A DNA stretch of 64,000 nucleotides from Macrostomum lignano (taxonomy: Eukaryota). Under the pieces are notes generated by a model. The model saw only the letters and a program-made list of their open reading frames with translations. It ran no database searches and was not told the DNA's origin. The stretch spans positions 434,001 through 498,000 of the forward strand of contig NIVC01000538.1 in assembly GCA_002269645.1 (NCBI GenBank). The letters are read 5' to 3'. Made by a program: the position numbers and the translations under genes. Shown here one piece after another: positions 1 to 12,580 of the stretch. The first letter of the stretch is position 1. Every line of letters starts with the position of its first letter.

Positions 1-452
1 GTTCCGGTTCCAGTTCCGTTTCTCGTCCAGATTTGGGCTCCAGTTTCGGTTCCTGTTCCGGTTCCGGTTCTAGTTCCGCTTTCGAATCCATTTCCGTTTC
101 CGGCCCAGTTTCCGGTGCCAGTTCCGCCGCATGCCTCGGAGTAGGCTGGAGGCGGAGTCGGCGGCCGCCGAATCGCGGCCAGCAGGCTGCTGACGATCGT
201 TTCGGAGCGGTTGATGCCGCCGACGCCACCGTCGGCTACTACGTCGGCAGAGGACGGAGTGCCGGCCGCGGCGGCGGCTGCCCTCAGGCGGCGAGCCCGG
301 GTCCACAGGATCAGCAGGCCGAGCCCGAGGGCCAGCAGCAGCGAGGAGGTCGCGGCCACCACGGCGTTCAGGCGGCCGAGATAGTGCGGGTCCCGGCGAC
401 GCCGACTGTCCCGCGAATTCGAGCCGTCGGTTTCGTCGAAGCCGGAAAAACT

Positions 453-490
<38 letters not shown>

Positions 491-1512
491 AAGCCTTCTT
501 TGAAGTTGGCGGCTCCGTTGCGGGCCTCCTCGGGCAGGTCCGGTTCAGCGGCACGCAGCTCCAGCTGCTGTCGCCATCCGGGCAGAGGTTCACTGGCGCC
601 GGCCCGGTGCACGGCCCGCTGACCGCGGCTGCTGGGTCCAGGCGGTACCGCAGGCGGAGGCAGCGGCCGGCCTGTTGGTTGCAGCGGCCTCGCAGTCGGA
701 GATAAACAGCTGGCAGCGGGGGCTCAGCAACTCCGAGCGCCACCGAGGCAACGACGCCGGTAGTTTGGTGTCGCAGCTGCACCGGCAGCCGCGGCGACGC
801 CGATGTCGGGCCGGCCCGCGCCTCCAGCTCAAACTGGCTGTCGAAGCCGGCATCCGCCAGCAGCTCCGCGGCTGCCGGCAGCGGGCGAAGCAGCCAGACG
901 CAATCGAATCTTGTCGCCGATGGAGGCGTCGCCAAGAACAGCCAGGCGCCGCCGCTGGAGGAGTTCCCCGTAGCAACCACCGCTGGCCAGCCGCACTGAG
1001 TCACCATCGACGTCGTTGAGCCATTTTCGGCCTCCAGCACCGCTGTCGAGACATTCAACTGGAAGCCCAACGACGGCGCCGAGTCTCGGATGTCCGCCAG
1101 CGCACCGTCGGGGTCGAGTGCGTGGAAGAGGACAGTCAGGATGCCGGTGCCGTCGGCCAGCAGCCGCTGCCGCTGCGAGTTGTCGGCCCCGGCCTCGTAT
1201 CGCCGCAGCAGCCGGGCCGACCTCGCCAGCCGGAAGTTCACCGGGTCGCCATCGAAGATCTCCAGCCTGGAGGCCGGGTGCAGCTGCAGGTCGGTAAAGT
1301 CGGCTACTACTGGGCTGGTAAGGTCGCGGTTTCGAATCTGCCATACTTGAGGCGGCAGGCCGGGCGTGGTGGGGTAGGGTCGGCCTGACAAGAAGCCGGG
1401 AGACTGCAGGAGTGCCCAGCAGGCACCCCCGTGCTGGCAGCGTCAGAAGCTTCGCCGAAGCCGCCGCGGCGCCCAGGATGAGCAGCGGCAGCGCAACCAG
1501 CTGTGTTGCCAT
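1..1512 (-). CDS. CUB-domain type I membrane protein (LRP3/10/12-like architecture); 3'-partial; 1-nt frameshift at ~1440
   Basis: ATG at 1512 (tccATGg) encodes a signal peptide MATQLVALPLLILGAAAASA-KLLT. A frame shifted by 1 nt is then open from 1442 to the window edge (480 codons). It reads CQHGGACWALLQSPGFLSGRPYP..QVWQIRNRDLTSPVVADFTDLQLHPASRLEIFDGD (CUB-like), a second CUB-like block (QCGWP..FDCVWLLRP), a Cys-rich stretch (LCPDGDSSWSCVPLNRTCP) and poly-Pro. A TM helix LNAVVAATSSLLLALGLGLLILW (371..303) is followed by RARRLR and PPPAYSE (152..141). Confidence 0.72.
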
Positions 1513-1712
1513 GGAAACCACTGTTCTCTCCGGAAGACTCCCCAGTCTTCTCACGCTGAGTTGGCAAATTTCTAAAAGCAGGTCTCTCGAATAGCTTGGC
1601 CTCCGCCTATTGGCTGGCATTGGGTGGCGCCTCAGCTGCACTTCGGACTGCAGAGCGGCCTGGATTGTGAGCTGGCTGGGGGGCGCCACAGACCCCACAG
1701 ATCTCCGACTCC

Positions 1713-2908
1713 GTCTATCTCTCCCATGTCTATCTCTCCCATGTCTATCTCTCCCATGTCTATCTCTCCCATGTCTATCTCCCCCATGTCTATCTCTCCC
1801 ATGCCTATCTCTCCCATGTCTATCTCTCCCATGCCTATCTCTCCCATGTCTATCTCTCCCATGTCTATCTCTCCCATGCCTATCTCTCCCATGTCTATCT
1901 CTCCCATGTCTATCTCCCCCATGCCTATCTCTCCCATGTCTATCTCTCCCATGCCTATCTCTCCCATGTCTATCTCTCCCATGTCTATCTCTCCCATGTC
2001 TATCCCTCCCATGTCTATCTCTCCCATGTCTATCTCTCCCATGTCTATCTCTCCCATGTCTATCTCTCCCATGTCTATCTCTCCCATGTCTATCTCTCCC
2101 ATGTCTATCTCTCCCATGTCTATCTCTCCCATGTCTATCTCTCCCATGTCTATCTCTCCCATGTCTATCTCTCCCATGTCTATCTCTCCCATGTCTATCT
2201 CTCCCATGTCTATCTCTCCCATGTCTATCTCTCCCATGTCTATCTCTCCCATGTCTATCTCTCCCATGTCTATCTCTCCCATGTCTATCTCTCCCATGTC
2301 TATCTCTCCCATGTCTATCTCTCCCATGTCTATCTCTCCCATGTCTATCTCTCCCATGTCTATCTCTCCCATGTCTATCTCTCCCATGTCTATCTCTCCC
2401 ATGTCTATCTCTCCCATGTCTATCTCTCCCATGTCTATCTCTCCCATGTCTATCTCTCCCATGTCTATCTCTCCCATGTCTATCTCCCCCATGTCTATCT
2501 CTCCCATGCCTATCTCTCCCATGTCTATCTCTCCCATGCCTATCTCTCCCATGCCTATCTCTCCCATGCCTATCTCTCCCATGCCTATCTCTCCCATGCC
2601 TATCTCTCCCATGCCTATCTCTCCCATGCCTATCTCTCCCATGCCTATCTCTCCCATGCCTATCTCTCCCATGCCTATCTCTCCCATGCCTATCTCTCCC
2701 ATGCCTATCTCTCCCATGCCTATCTCTCCCATGCCTATCTCTCCCATGCCTATCTCTCCCATGCCTATCTCTCCCATGCCTATCTCTCCCATGCCTATCT
2801 CTCCCATGCCTATCTCTCCCATGCCTATCTCTCCCATGCCTATCTCTCCCATGCCTATCTCTCCCATGTCTATCTCTCCCATGTCTATCTCTCCCATGTC
2901 TATCTCAC
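1713..2908. repeat. Minisatellite, 15-bp unit ATG(T/C)CTATCTCTCCC
   Basis: About 80 tandem copies with homogenised T- and C-variant blocks. Confidence 0.95.
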
Positions 2909-3557
2909 CCCTGTGTATCGCTCTGCTGCCATGCCATCCTCCCGCTCCTTTTGCCACCCTGCTCCGCAGTCGCAAAGAGCCAAAGTGCGTGCCGCTCCCC
3001 CGGGCCCGCTGAAAAATTCATCAGAGCAGCCCCAGACTTGCCTTGGGTTCGTTCGCTTCCTTTGACACGCGAATCTTGTCTCTTTGGCTCAGCCATTCCT
3101 GATATATAATGCGATAAGCGGGCCTCGAGCAACACCGAGAGAGGCAAAAGGCACAGCAGTGTGAGCTGCATCAAGCCAGCATGCATCATTTAAGAACAGG
3201 CTCGCTGCCCCTCTCTCAAGGGAAGCCCTCCCAACTACTGTGCTGACAACTCGTCCTGTTAAGCAAGCGCTGCAGAAAATAGAAGAAGAAAGTTCTCCTG
3301 TGCGAGTCTCTTTCAGCCACTCAGCCCTGGTCAGGCCCAATTTGCTGACCAATTTCAGTCGGGACTCGTACTAATGAAGCGGCAAGGGATTAGGAGATAC
3401 GGGATGGAGAGGCAGAGACTGCTGGGAATCCCTGCTGGGAAAACTCAATTTCTGACACTTGATTACCAGTGGTTGGTGCGCTGGTGTCCCTCCCGGATCT
3501 CCCTCGGTTTGCTGTGTCCTCGAGAAAATACCCACTGCTGTGATACTATCACACCGA

Positions 3558-4317
3558 CAGTAGGTCCTCAATCTGACTGGCAGTGGGTCCTCAATCTGAC
3601 TGACAGTAGGTCCTCAATCTGACTGACAGTAGGTCCTCAATCTGACTGGCAGTAGGTCCTCAATCTGACTGGCAGTAGGTCCTCAATCTCACTGACAGTA
3701 GGTCCTCAATCTGACTGGCAGTAGGTCCTCAATCTGACTGACAGTAGGTCCTCAATCTGACTGACAGTAGGTCCTCAATCTGACTGGCAGTAGGTCCTCA
3801 ATCTGACTGGCAGTAGGTCCTCAATCTCACTGACAGTAGGTCCTCAATCTGACTGGCAGTAGGTCCTCAATCTGACTGACAGTAGGTCCTCAATCTGACT
3901 GACAGTAGGTCCTCAATCTGACTGGCAGTAGGTCCTCAATCTGACTGACAGTAGGTCCTCAATCTGACCAACAGTAGGTCCTCAATCTGATTGGCAGTAG
4001 GTCCTCAATCTGACCAACAGTAGGTCCTCAATCTGACCAACAGTAGGTCCTCAATCTGACTGACAGTAGGTCCTCAATCTGACCAACAGTAGGTCCTCAA
4101 TCTGACCAACAGTAGGTCCTCAATCTGATTGGCAGTAGATCCTCAATCTGACTGACAGTAGGTCCTCAATCTGACCGACATTAGGTCCTCAATCTGACTG
4201 GCAGTAGGTCCTCAATCTGACCGACATTAGGTCCTCAATCTGACTGGCAGTAGGTCCTCAATCTGACTGGCAGTAGGTCCTCAATCTGACTGGCAGTAGG
4301 TCCTCAATCTCACTGAC
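3558..4317. repeat. Minisatellite, 23-bp unit CAGTAGGTCCTCAATCTGACTG(A/G)
   Basis: Direct periodicity. Confidence 0.95.
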
Positions 4318-4888
4318 AGAGAGAAAACTCGAAATCAATCTCCATAAAAGTCAGAATGGACAGCAAAGTGGATACTGACTGAGAGCGACTTCTCAAATCT
4401 AAAATTACAAATTAGAAAGCAAATATCTGCCTCACAACAGCCCGTTCATTTCCGGTTGGCAACTGGACGAGTGCCTTGGCAGGAAGTGCGTTAAGAAAGG
4501 GTGTGAAATATGAATTCTGAATTCTCTATTTATCTGTTTACCCAGTAAGTAATGAAAATAAGTACACAATGTTATCATCGCACTACTAGGCCAAGTCAAA
4601 TAAGTAGAGTGGCAAGACTTTTATCCTATTTTTCTTAATAGAAAAATAAAACACCAAGCGGTCGAAGAAAATTCGCGAAAAAAGCTGTCACAGGTGGCAT
4701 TTAAGAAATTTAGCAATCAATAATTGCTTTAATTTGCTCTGCCTGCCCAGGTGCGGAGGGCAATTTTCCCGTAATAAAACGGCAAATGGGTGAGGGTTCA
4801 TTTTACCAGGATCAAAAAAGGTTTTGAAAGATTTTAAAAATTCGGGGATCTGCAAATACAGGGAGAGGGAAATGCGCTTGAGGTGAGC

Positions 4889-5983
4889 GAAAATGCACTA
4901 GAAGTGAGAGAGAAAATGCACTAGAAGTGAGAGTGAAAATGCACTAGAAGTGAGAGTGAAAATGCACTAGAAGTGAGAGTGAAAATGCACTAGAAGTGAG
5001 AGTGAAAATGCACTAGAAGTGAGAGTGAAAATGCACTAGAAGTGAGAGTGAAAATGCACTAGAAGTGAGAGTGAAAATGCACTAGAAGTGAGAGTGAAAA
5101 TGCACTAGAAGTGAGAGAGAAAATGCACTAGAAGTGAGAGTGAAAATGCACTAGAAGTGAGAGTGAAAATGCACTAGAAGTGAGAGAGAAAATGCACTAG
5201 AAGTGAGAGTGAAAATGCACTAGAAGTGAGAGTGAAAATGCACTAGAAGTGAGAGTGAAAATGCACTAGAAGTGAGAGTGAAAATGCACTAGAAGTGAGA
5301 GTGAAAATGCACTAGAAGTGAGAGTGAAAATGCACTAGAAGTGAGAGTGAAAATGCACTAGAAGTGAGAGTGAAAATGCACTAGAAGTGAGAGTGAAAAT
5401 GCACTAGAAGTGAGAGTGAAAATGCACTAGAAGTGAGAGTGAAAATGAACTAGAAGTGAGAGAGAAAATGCACTAGAAGTGAGAGTGAAAATGCACTAGA
5501 AGTGAGAGTGAAAATGAACTAGAAGTGAGAGAGAAAATGCACTAGAAGTGAGAGTGAAAATGCACTAGAAGTGAGAGTGAAAATGCACTAGAAGTGAGAG
5601 TGAAAATGCACTAGAAGTGAAAGTGAAAATGCACTAGAAGTGAGAGTGAAAATGCACTAGAAGTGAGAGTGAAAATGCACTAGAAGTGAGAGAGAAAATG
5701 CACTAGAAGTGAGAGTGAAAATGCACTAGAAGTGGGAGTGAAAATGCACTAGAAGTGAGAGTGAAAATGCACTAGAAGTGAGAGAGAAAATGCACTAGAA
5801 GTGAAAGTGAAAATGCACTAGAAGTGAGAGTGAAAATGCACTAGAAGTGAGAGTGAAAATGCACTAGAAGTGAGAGTGAAAATGCACTAGAAGTGAGAGT
5901 GAAAATGCACTAGAAGTGAGAGTGAAAATGCACTAGAAGTGAGAGTGAAAATGCACTAGAAGTGAGAGTGAAAATGCACTAGA
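4889..5983. repeat. Minisatellite, 23-bp unit AAAATGCACTAGAAGTGAGAGTG
   Basis: Direct periodicity. Confidence 0.95.
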
Positions 5984-6469
5984 AAGGAGTGAAAATGCGC
6001 CGAAACTTGAAATTGAAAGGGTGCCAATTAAAAGCGTGAAATCACAGTCCTATAGTGTAAAAAATTGTTGTGGAATTATTAAAAGAAAAGTTGATAGAAA
6101 ACAGAAAATAGTGCGAATTAACAAACAGTTATGCTTTGAACAGCCCACTCTCAGCCCATGTTTCCAAGCCCCAGCATTAACTAGCTGCTTGCGCAACAGA
6201 CTCAGGCGGAGACAATGGCCTAAGACTGAACTCTTAGAATGCTGTACGCAACACTGTGGCCCGTTGTCTCCGCCCACGGACGTTAGGGGAATATTATCCC
6301 AACCGCCCCTCCCTCGTGGAATGGCAACCCGCCCGAGTGCCCACACGCTAGCCATGGGAAATATGATCCCCAATAGTGAAGTTTGGCTCCCCATTAGCGA
6401 CTGTCTCCACTTTAATTGGTCAGTCAGTTGGAATAGACAATTATTTTCCTGTGATCGCTTTGGAGCTGA

Positions 6470-6763
6470 CCAAACTGCTGACCCAACTGCTGACCCAACT
6501 GCTGACCCAACTGCTGACCCAACTGCTGACCCAACTGCTGACCCAACTGCTGACCCAACTGCTGACCCAACTGCTGACCCAACTGCTGACCCAACTGCTG
6601 ACCTAACTGCTGACCCAAATGCTGACCCAACTGCTGACCCAACTGCTGACCCAACTGCTGACCCAACTGCTGACCTAACTGCTGACCCAAATGCTGACCC
6701 AACTGCTGACCCAAATGCTGACCCAACTGCTGACCCAACTGCTGACCCAACTGCTGACCCAAC
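6470..6763. repeat. Minisatellite, 12-bp unit CCAACTGCTGAC
   Basis: Direct periodicity. Confidence 0.95.
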
Positions 6764-6783
6764 TCATTCATTTCCAATATCCG

Positions 6784-7515
6784 TAGATCCTAGATCCCTC
6801 ATTCCCAATGTCTGTAGATCCCAGATCCCTCATTCCCAATGTCTGTAGATCCCAGATTCCTCATTCCCAGTGTCTGTAGATCCCAGATTCCTCATTCTCA
6901 GTGTCTGCAGATCCCTCATTCCCAGTGTCTGCAGATCCCTCATTCCCAGTGTCTGCAGATCCCTCATTCCCAGTGTCTGTAGATGCCTCATTCCTCATTC
7001 TCAGTGTCTGCAGATCCCTCATTCCCAGTGTCTGCAGATCCCTCATTCTCAATGTCTGCAGATCCCTCATTCTCAATGTCTGCAGATCCCTCATTCCCAG
7101 TGTCTGCAGATCCCTCATTCTCAATGTCTGCAGATCCCTCATTCTCAATGTCTGCAGATCCCTCATTCTCAATGTCTGCAGATCCCTCATTCTCAATGTC
7201 TGCAGATCCCTCATTCTCAATGTCTGCAGATCCCTCATTCCCAGTGTCTGCAGATCCCTCATTCCCAGTGTCTGTAGATCCCTCATTCCCAGTGTCTGCA
7301 GACCCCTCATTCCCAATGTCTGCAGATCCCTCATTCCCAGTGTCTGCAGACCCCTCATTCCCAATGTCTGCAGATCCCTCATTCCCAGTGTCTGCAGACC
7401 CCTCATTCCCAATGTCTGCAGATCCCTCATTCCCAGTGTCTGCAGACCCCTCATTCCCAATGTCTGCAGATCCCTCATTCCCAGTGTCTGCCGATCCCTC
7501 ATTCTCAATGTCTGA
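6784..7515. repeat. Minisatellite, 24-bp unit GTCTGCAGATCCCTCATTCCCAGT
   Basis: Direct periodicity. Confidence 0.95.
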
Positions 7516-7918
7516 AGATCTCCAATCCCCACCGTGTTTTTCCCACTGTGGTTCCCCAAAGTTTCCCCAGTACCCCCGGTTCGTCAGGCAGCCGGAGGTC
7601 CAATTAATATCTCATAGAAAAAGCTACTCGGCCACTCAATTTGGGCTCAAACCAATTTCGAACTGAACTTTAATCTATGCAAGTGTCAGTCCAAGGGGGC
7701 GAGATGGATAGCGGCCGCTGCGACCTCCCCCCCCCACTGCCTTCCCAATGCCCAGCTCTGCAATCCGGGCTTTTAAGATTGATGAGGCGTAGAGGTTGAT
7801 GGAGACTCGCTGCTGCTTAAAAAGCGTCAAGGCCGGTCATCCTCCTGACACACCGGCTTCTGCCCCGTTCATTGGCTTGCCACCATCCCTCACTGACTCC
7901 GACTGGACCTGCTGGCGC

Positions 7919-8600
7919 TTCTCTACCTCTCATCCCTAATCTCCCCTCACCCCTACTCTACCTCTCATCCCTACTCTCCCCTCACCCCTACTCTACCTCT
8001 CATCCCTACTCTCCCCTCACCCCTACTCTACCTCTCATCCCTACTCTCCCCTCACCCCTACTCTACCTCTCATCCCTAATCTCCCCTCACCCCTACTCTA
8101 CCTCTCATCCCTAATCTCCCCTCACCCCTACTCTACCTCTCATCCCTACTCTCCCCTCACCCCTACTCTACCTCTCATCCCTACTCTCCCCTCACCCCTA
8201 CTCTACCTCTCATCCCTACTCTCCCTCACCCCTACTCTACCTCTCATCCCTAATCTCCCCTCACCCCTACTCTACCTCTCATCCCTAATCTCCCCTCACC
8301 CCTACTCTACCTCTCATCCCTAATCTCCCCTCACCCCTACTCTACCTCTCATCCCTACTCTCCCCTCACCCCTACTCTACCTCTCATCCCTAATCTCCCC
8401 TCACCCCTACTCTACCTCTCATCCCTACTCTCCCCTCACCCCTACTCTACCTCTCATCCCTACTCTCCCCTCACCCCTACTCTACCTCTCATCCCTGCTC
8501 TCCCCTCACCCCTACTCTACCTCTCATCCCTACTTTACCTACCATCCCTACTCTACCTCTTATCCCTAATCTACCTCTCACCCCTACTCTCCCTCTACTC
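7919..8600. repeat. Pyrimidine-rich minisatellite, 35-bp unit
   Basis: CTCACCCCTACTCTACCTCTCATCCCTACTCTCCC repeats. Confidence 0.93.
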
Positions 8601-10041
8601 TCTCATACTGTTTCTTCCTGTCGTCTTTTTGCTTATCTCACTTCCTTCAACTCCACCTGTAACTCATCAGGCCAGCCAACCCTGCAGAGCCCTTCCTCCA
8701 TGCCTCTCTCCTTCGCCATATCCAACATATGCCAAAAATTGTGATTCCACCACCAACCCCTTCCCTCCCCTCCTCGTATCCCATAGTATCCCATAGTATC
8801 CCATAGTAATCCTGCGACCCCCGCGGCTCCGACCAAGTGGAAAGATGTCAACTTTATTTCTTTACAAAGATCTCCGCCTTCTTCCCTCCCAACTATGCCA
8901 GTATATCTCCCAGTCTTTGTAACCCGAACCTCAACCCAGAGTCAGTGGGGATTTCACTACCGTGTGTTTCTCTGGGGTGACAGGGCGAGTGAATGGAGGA
9001 GCCTCCAGCTCAACCCTGTTGCTGTCTCATTCGCTCTATCTATCTGTCTTCCCACTATTTTTTTAGGGAAAAGGGGAAGAGAGCAGGGAACGGAGAAAGC
9101 CTTCGGGCAGTCCCAGACCCAGCTCCCCTCATCGCCGCTGGTGTCGTGTGGCTCAAAAAGACCTGCTGCATCGCACGGCCAGCAGACCATTAGACCTTCA
9201 GCCCTGCCAGGAAGCCGTCACAGGGCATCAGGCCTCTCCAGTGACTTACTCACTCCCTGTAGCCACAGCTTTTGGCATTCATTGTCAAGGAACAGCAAGA
9301 AAAGCATAAAAAGTTGTTCCGCTTTTACAAAAGCCGACTATCAAAGTGCTGCTGCGGACACTGCTTGCGCGCAGCCCAGTTATCAATGCCTCTAATTAGT
9401 AGGCATTTACCCATTCTGTTAGCCGTTCGGCTTATAGTAATAATTAGAAGATTCCTCACTATGCAGGATGTCAGCGAGCAGCTCTTGTTCAGCGGTGCCT
9501 CTATCTAACGAGTAGCGAGTATTCCCGATAGCCTGGCAACTAGATTTTCGGATCCAAAAACTTACGCAAGCCGTGCAATCGATGAAGCACCAACTGACAC
9601 TGCTTCTCAAGGTGACATGGGAGCTTGGCTGGGGCTATCGACTGCAAAGGGAATGCTTAAGGAGGCGCGATGGGAGGAGCCCACAGCGGATTCCCTAATA
9701 ATGATCTGGCCACGTAGAGCGCTTCCTTGGCCATGGGATAAATCTCCCCATCTTATAGGGAACTCGTGGCCGGTCCGGCCCGCCCGTTGAGATTGAAAAT
9801 CGCATTGCGTCATCTGCTACCCTCGACACACTCAATGGCTGTTGAAATCAACAAAGACCGTCTGTGCCATGCGTGTATGACACACAAAGACTTGAAACGG
9901 TGAAATATTAATATAATGAGGGTAGAAATGAGAAATCAAAACAGCTAAACTGCCCCAGTCATTATGATTATCCGGCTCATTAGAATGCTTATTGCCAGCA
10001 GTCTGTACTGCACTCTATTGACAGACTGCAGACTGAAATGC

Positions 10042-10296
10042 AGAATCTACACCAACCCGAATCTACACCAACCCGAATCTACACCAACCCGAATCTACAC
10101 CAACCCGAATCTACACCAACCCGAATCTACACCAACCCGAATCTACACCAACCCGAATCTACACCAACCCGAATCTACACCAACCCGAATCTACACCAAC
10201 CCGAATCTACACCAACCCGAATCTACACCAACCCGAATCTGCACCAACCCGAATCTACACCAACCCGAATCTACACCAACCCGAATCTACACCAAC
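10042..10296. repeat. Minisatellite, 16-bp unit ACACCAACCCGAATCT
   Basis: Direct periodicity. Confidence 0.95.
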
Positions 10297-11102
10297 TCAA
10301 AACTTCTCACATTCAAAACTTCCCAGAACAGAATATAGCCAGAAATCAGTCACTGACCTGTAGGAAGCACTCCACAGCCAGACATGCACAGCTGCAGGCA
10401 AAGTGCCTGAATGCTTACGGTCAGTTTTCTAAGCCAAAAAAGGCAATTTTAACAATTGACCCACTTGCGAGCACCTGAGCCTCTCAGCTTTGGGAATTTC
10501 ACTCCAAGAGTCAAACAGCGGTACCCCACAGCTTGAATGTCTCGCACAGCCCAGCAAGGCAGGACTCGGACCTCAGCTATGCTCAAACTACTCCCAAGCG
10601 GCAGTTCCCTAATCCCAATTATCCATCCAACTCCTACTAGCCCCCCCCCTCAGCCCTGGCAAAATGAAATGGACAAAAATTCTTCTCAGCTCGAAGCGAC
10701 CGCCCGACAAAGACCGAGAGGTGGCTGATTTGCATAACGAAGATCCCTATGGGCTCAGGAATCCCTGGCCGAATATCCCCCCCCGGCATCTGCCGTTCCG
10801 GATACGCTATCAATTTGACCAATTGGTGTCGGCCGGTTTTGTCCGGAGGACAGATTTTCACTCCTTACGCTGGCTGTCTTGCCTCTCACTGATTGAGCAA
10901 TTATCAGGCCCCCTAAATCCCGCGTGTCAGCGCGCGAGGGACCTGTCCGGCCGGATTATCGCTTTAATAAGTCACCCCCCGCGGCGCCAGCGGAGACGGC
11001 GGCGACCCGCGGTCCTGTGGGAGGGAGGGAGTGGCGGCCAGACGCAGCTGGCTGCCGGATCCGCTATTAATATTTCATGAGCCTCGAGCATCAAGTGAAA
11101 GT

Positions 11103-11147
11103 CGGCTATAGCAGCTATAGCCGACCCGGCTATAGCTGCTATAGCCG
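11103..11147. other. Perfect 21-bp-stem palindrome made of two internal palindromes
   Basis: CGGCTATAGCAGCTATAGCCG-acc-CGGCTATAGCTGCTATAGCCG. Confidence 0.9.
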
Positions 11148-11332
11148 TCATCCTTTTTTGTCAAATTTTCTTTAACCAGCGACTCGTTCAATCACTTTTC
11201 ATTTCCTGCGTCTTGGGAAGGCAGCGCGGCAGCACGGAGTGGCTCATTATGTTCCATTTGAAACTGTGTTTGCGTGTTGTGTTCAGGAGGCTGGGCGGGG
11301 AAGTGAAGGGCTGCCAAGTGTGTGCTGGTAGT

Positions 11333-12110
11333 GAAGCTAGTAGTGGAGTTATTAGTGGAGCTAGTATTGGAGCTAGTATTGGAGCTAGTATTGGAGCTAG
11401 TAGTGGAGCTAGTAGTGGAGCTAGTATTGGAGCTAGTAGTCGAGCTAGTAGTGAAGCTAGTAGTGGAGCTAGTAGTGGAGCTAGTATTGGAGCTAGTAGT
11501 GGAGCTAGTAGTGGAGCTATTAGTAGAGCTAGTAGTGGAGCTAGTAGTGGAGCTAGTAGTGGAGCTAGTAGTGGAGCTAGTAGTGGAGCTAGTAGTGGAG
11601 CTAGTAGTGGAGCTAGTAGTAGAGCTAGTAGTGGAGCAAGTAGTGAAGCTAGTAGTGAAGCTAGTATTGGAGCTAGTAGTGGAGCTAGTAGTGGAGCTAG
11701 TAGTAGAGCTAGTATTGGAGCTAGTAGTGGAGCTAGTAGTGGAGCTAGTATTGGAGCTAGTAGTGAAGCTAGTAGTGAAGCTAGTAGTGAAGCTAGTATT
11801 GGAGCTAGTAGTGGAGCTAGTAGTGGAGCTAGTAGTGAAGCTAGTAGTGGAGCTAGTAGTGGAGCTAGTAGTAGAGCTAGTAGTGGAGCTAGTAGTGAAG
11901 CTAGTAGTGAAGCTAGTAGTAGAGCTAGTAGTAGAGCTAGTAGTGGAGCAAGTAGTGAAGCTAGTAGTGAAGCTAGTATTGGAGCTAGTAGTGGAGCTAG
12001 TAGTAGAGCTAGTAGTGAAGCTAGTATTGGAGCTAGTAGTGGAGCTAGTAGTGAAGCTAGTATTGGAGCTAGTAGTGAAGCTAGTAGTAGAGCTAGTAGT
12101 GAAGCTAGTA
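11333..12110. repeat. Minisatellite, 12-bp unit AGCTAGTAGTGG
   Basis: Direct periodicity with variants. Confidence 0.95.
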
Positions 12111-12580
12111 GCTGCAGTGTCTGCAGTAGGATTATAAAATTGCACTCGATTGCAAAAATTGGTATTTGATGATGATGGGCCTGACTGGCGCACCTAGATT
12201 CCAGTCTTCGTTTATAGAGTTTGAACGTGTACCGATTAAGATAATTGGTGCTGCAGGTGGGGGTAATCTATGCAGCCTCCAGGTGCCTCTCAGGTGGGTG
12301 GGTGGTGGCCGGCGGGAGAAAAAAGAGGATGAAAAGACGGGAAATAATTTCGCACCTGATGCTGCTGTAGTCTGACGAATACCGCTTGCGGGGCTGGCTG
12401 GGCAGGCCCTCGGCGCTGATTGCGTCATTACTTTGAGTTGAACTCTCTGTCTGTACCCTGGGCGCAAATGTAAATTTTTTCTCATCGACAAGTGAAGAGT
12501 GCAGATAGTTGGATCAGATATTTTATGGTTAGTTGGGACCGAGTGAAATATTAAGTAAATCCAACAAACTGTAGGGAGGG

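Noticed and set aside
829-1698. 289-aa minus-strand ORF as listed in the track
   Set aside because: Only the signal-peptide segment (1512-1441) looks real; the rest is an off-frame reading of the CUB gene.
1610-3109. Long ORFs (499, 462, 447 aa) of LSLPC/ISPMS/MGEID repeats
   Set aside because: Products of a 15-bp minisatellite whose unit lacks stops in several frames; no non-repetitive domain.
10664-11080. 138-aa ORF in unique DNA upstream of NR2F (similarly 9272..9508 and 34303..34722)
   Set aside because: No recognisable domain, splice logic or codon bias; more likely non-coding or regulatory.
11192-12193. Mucin-like TTSS / GASS / VVEL ORFs
   Set aside because: A 12-bp tandem repeat open in multiple frames on both strands, with no signal peptide or splice support.
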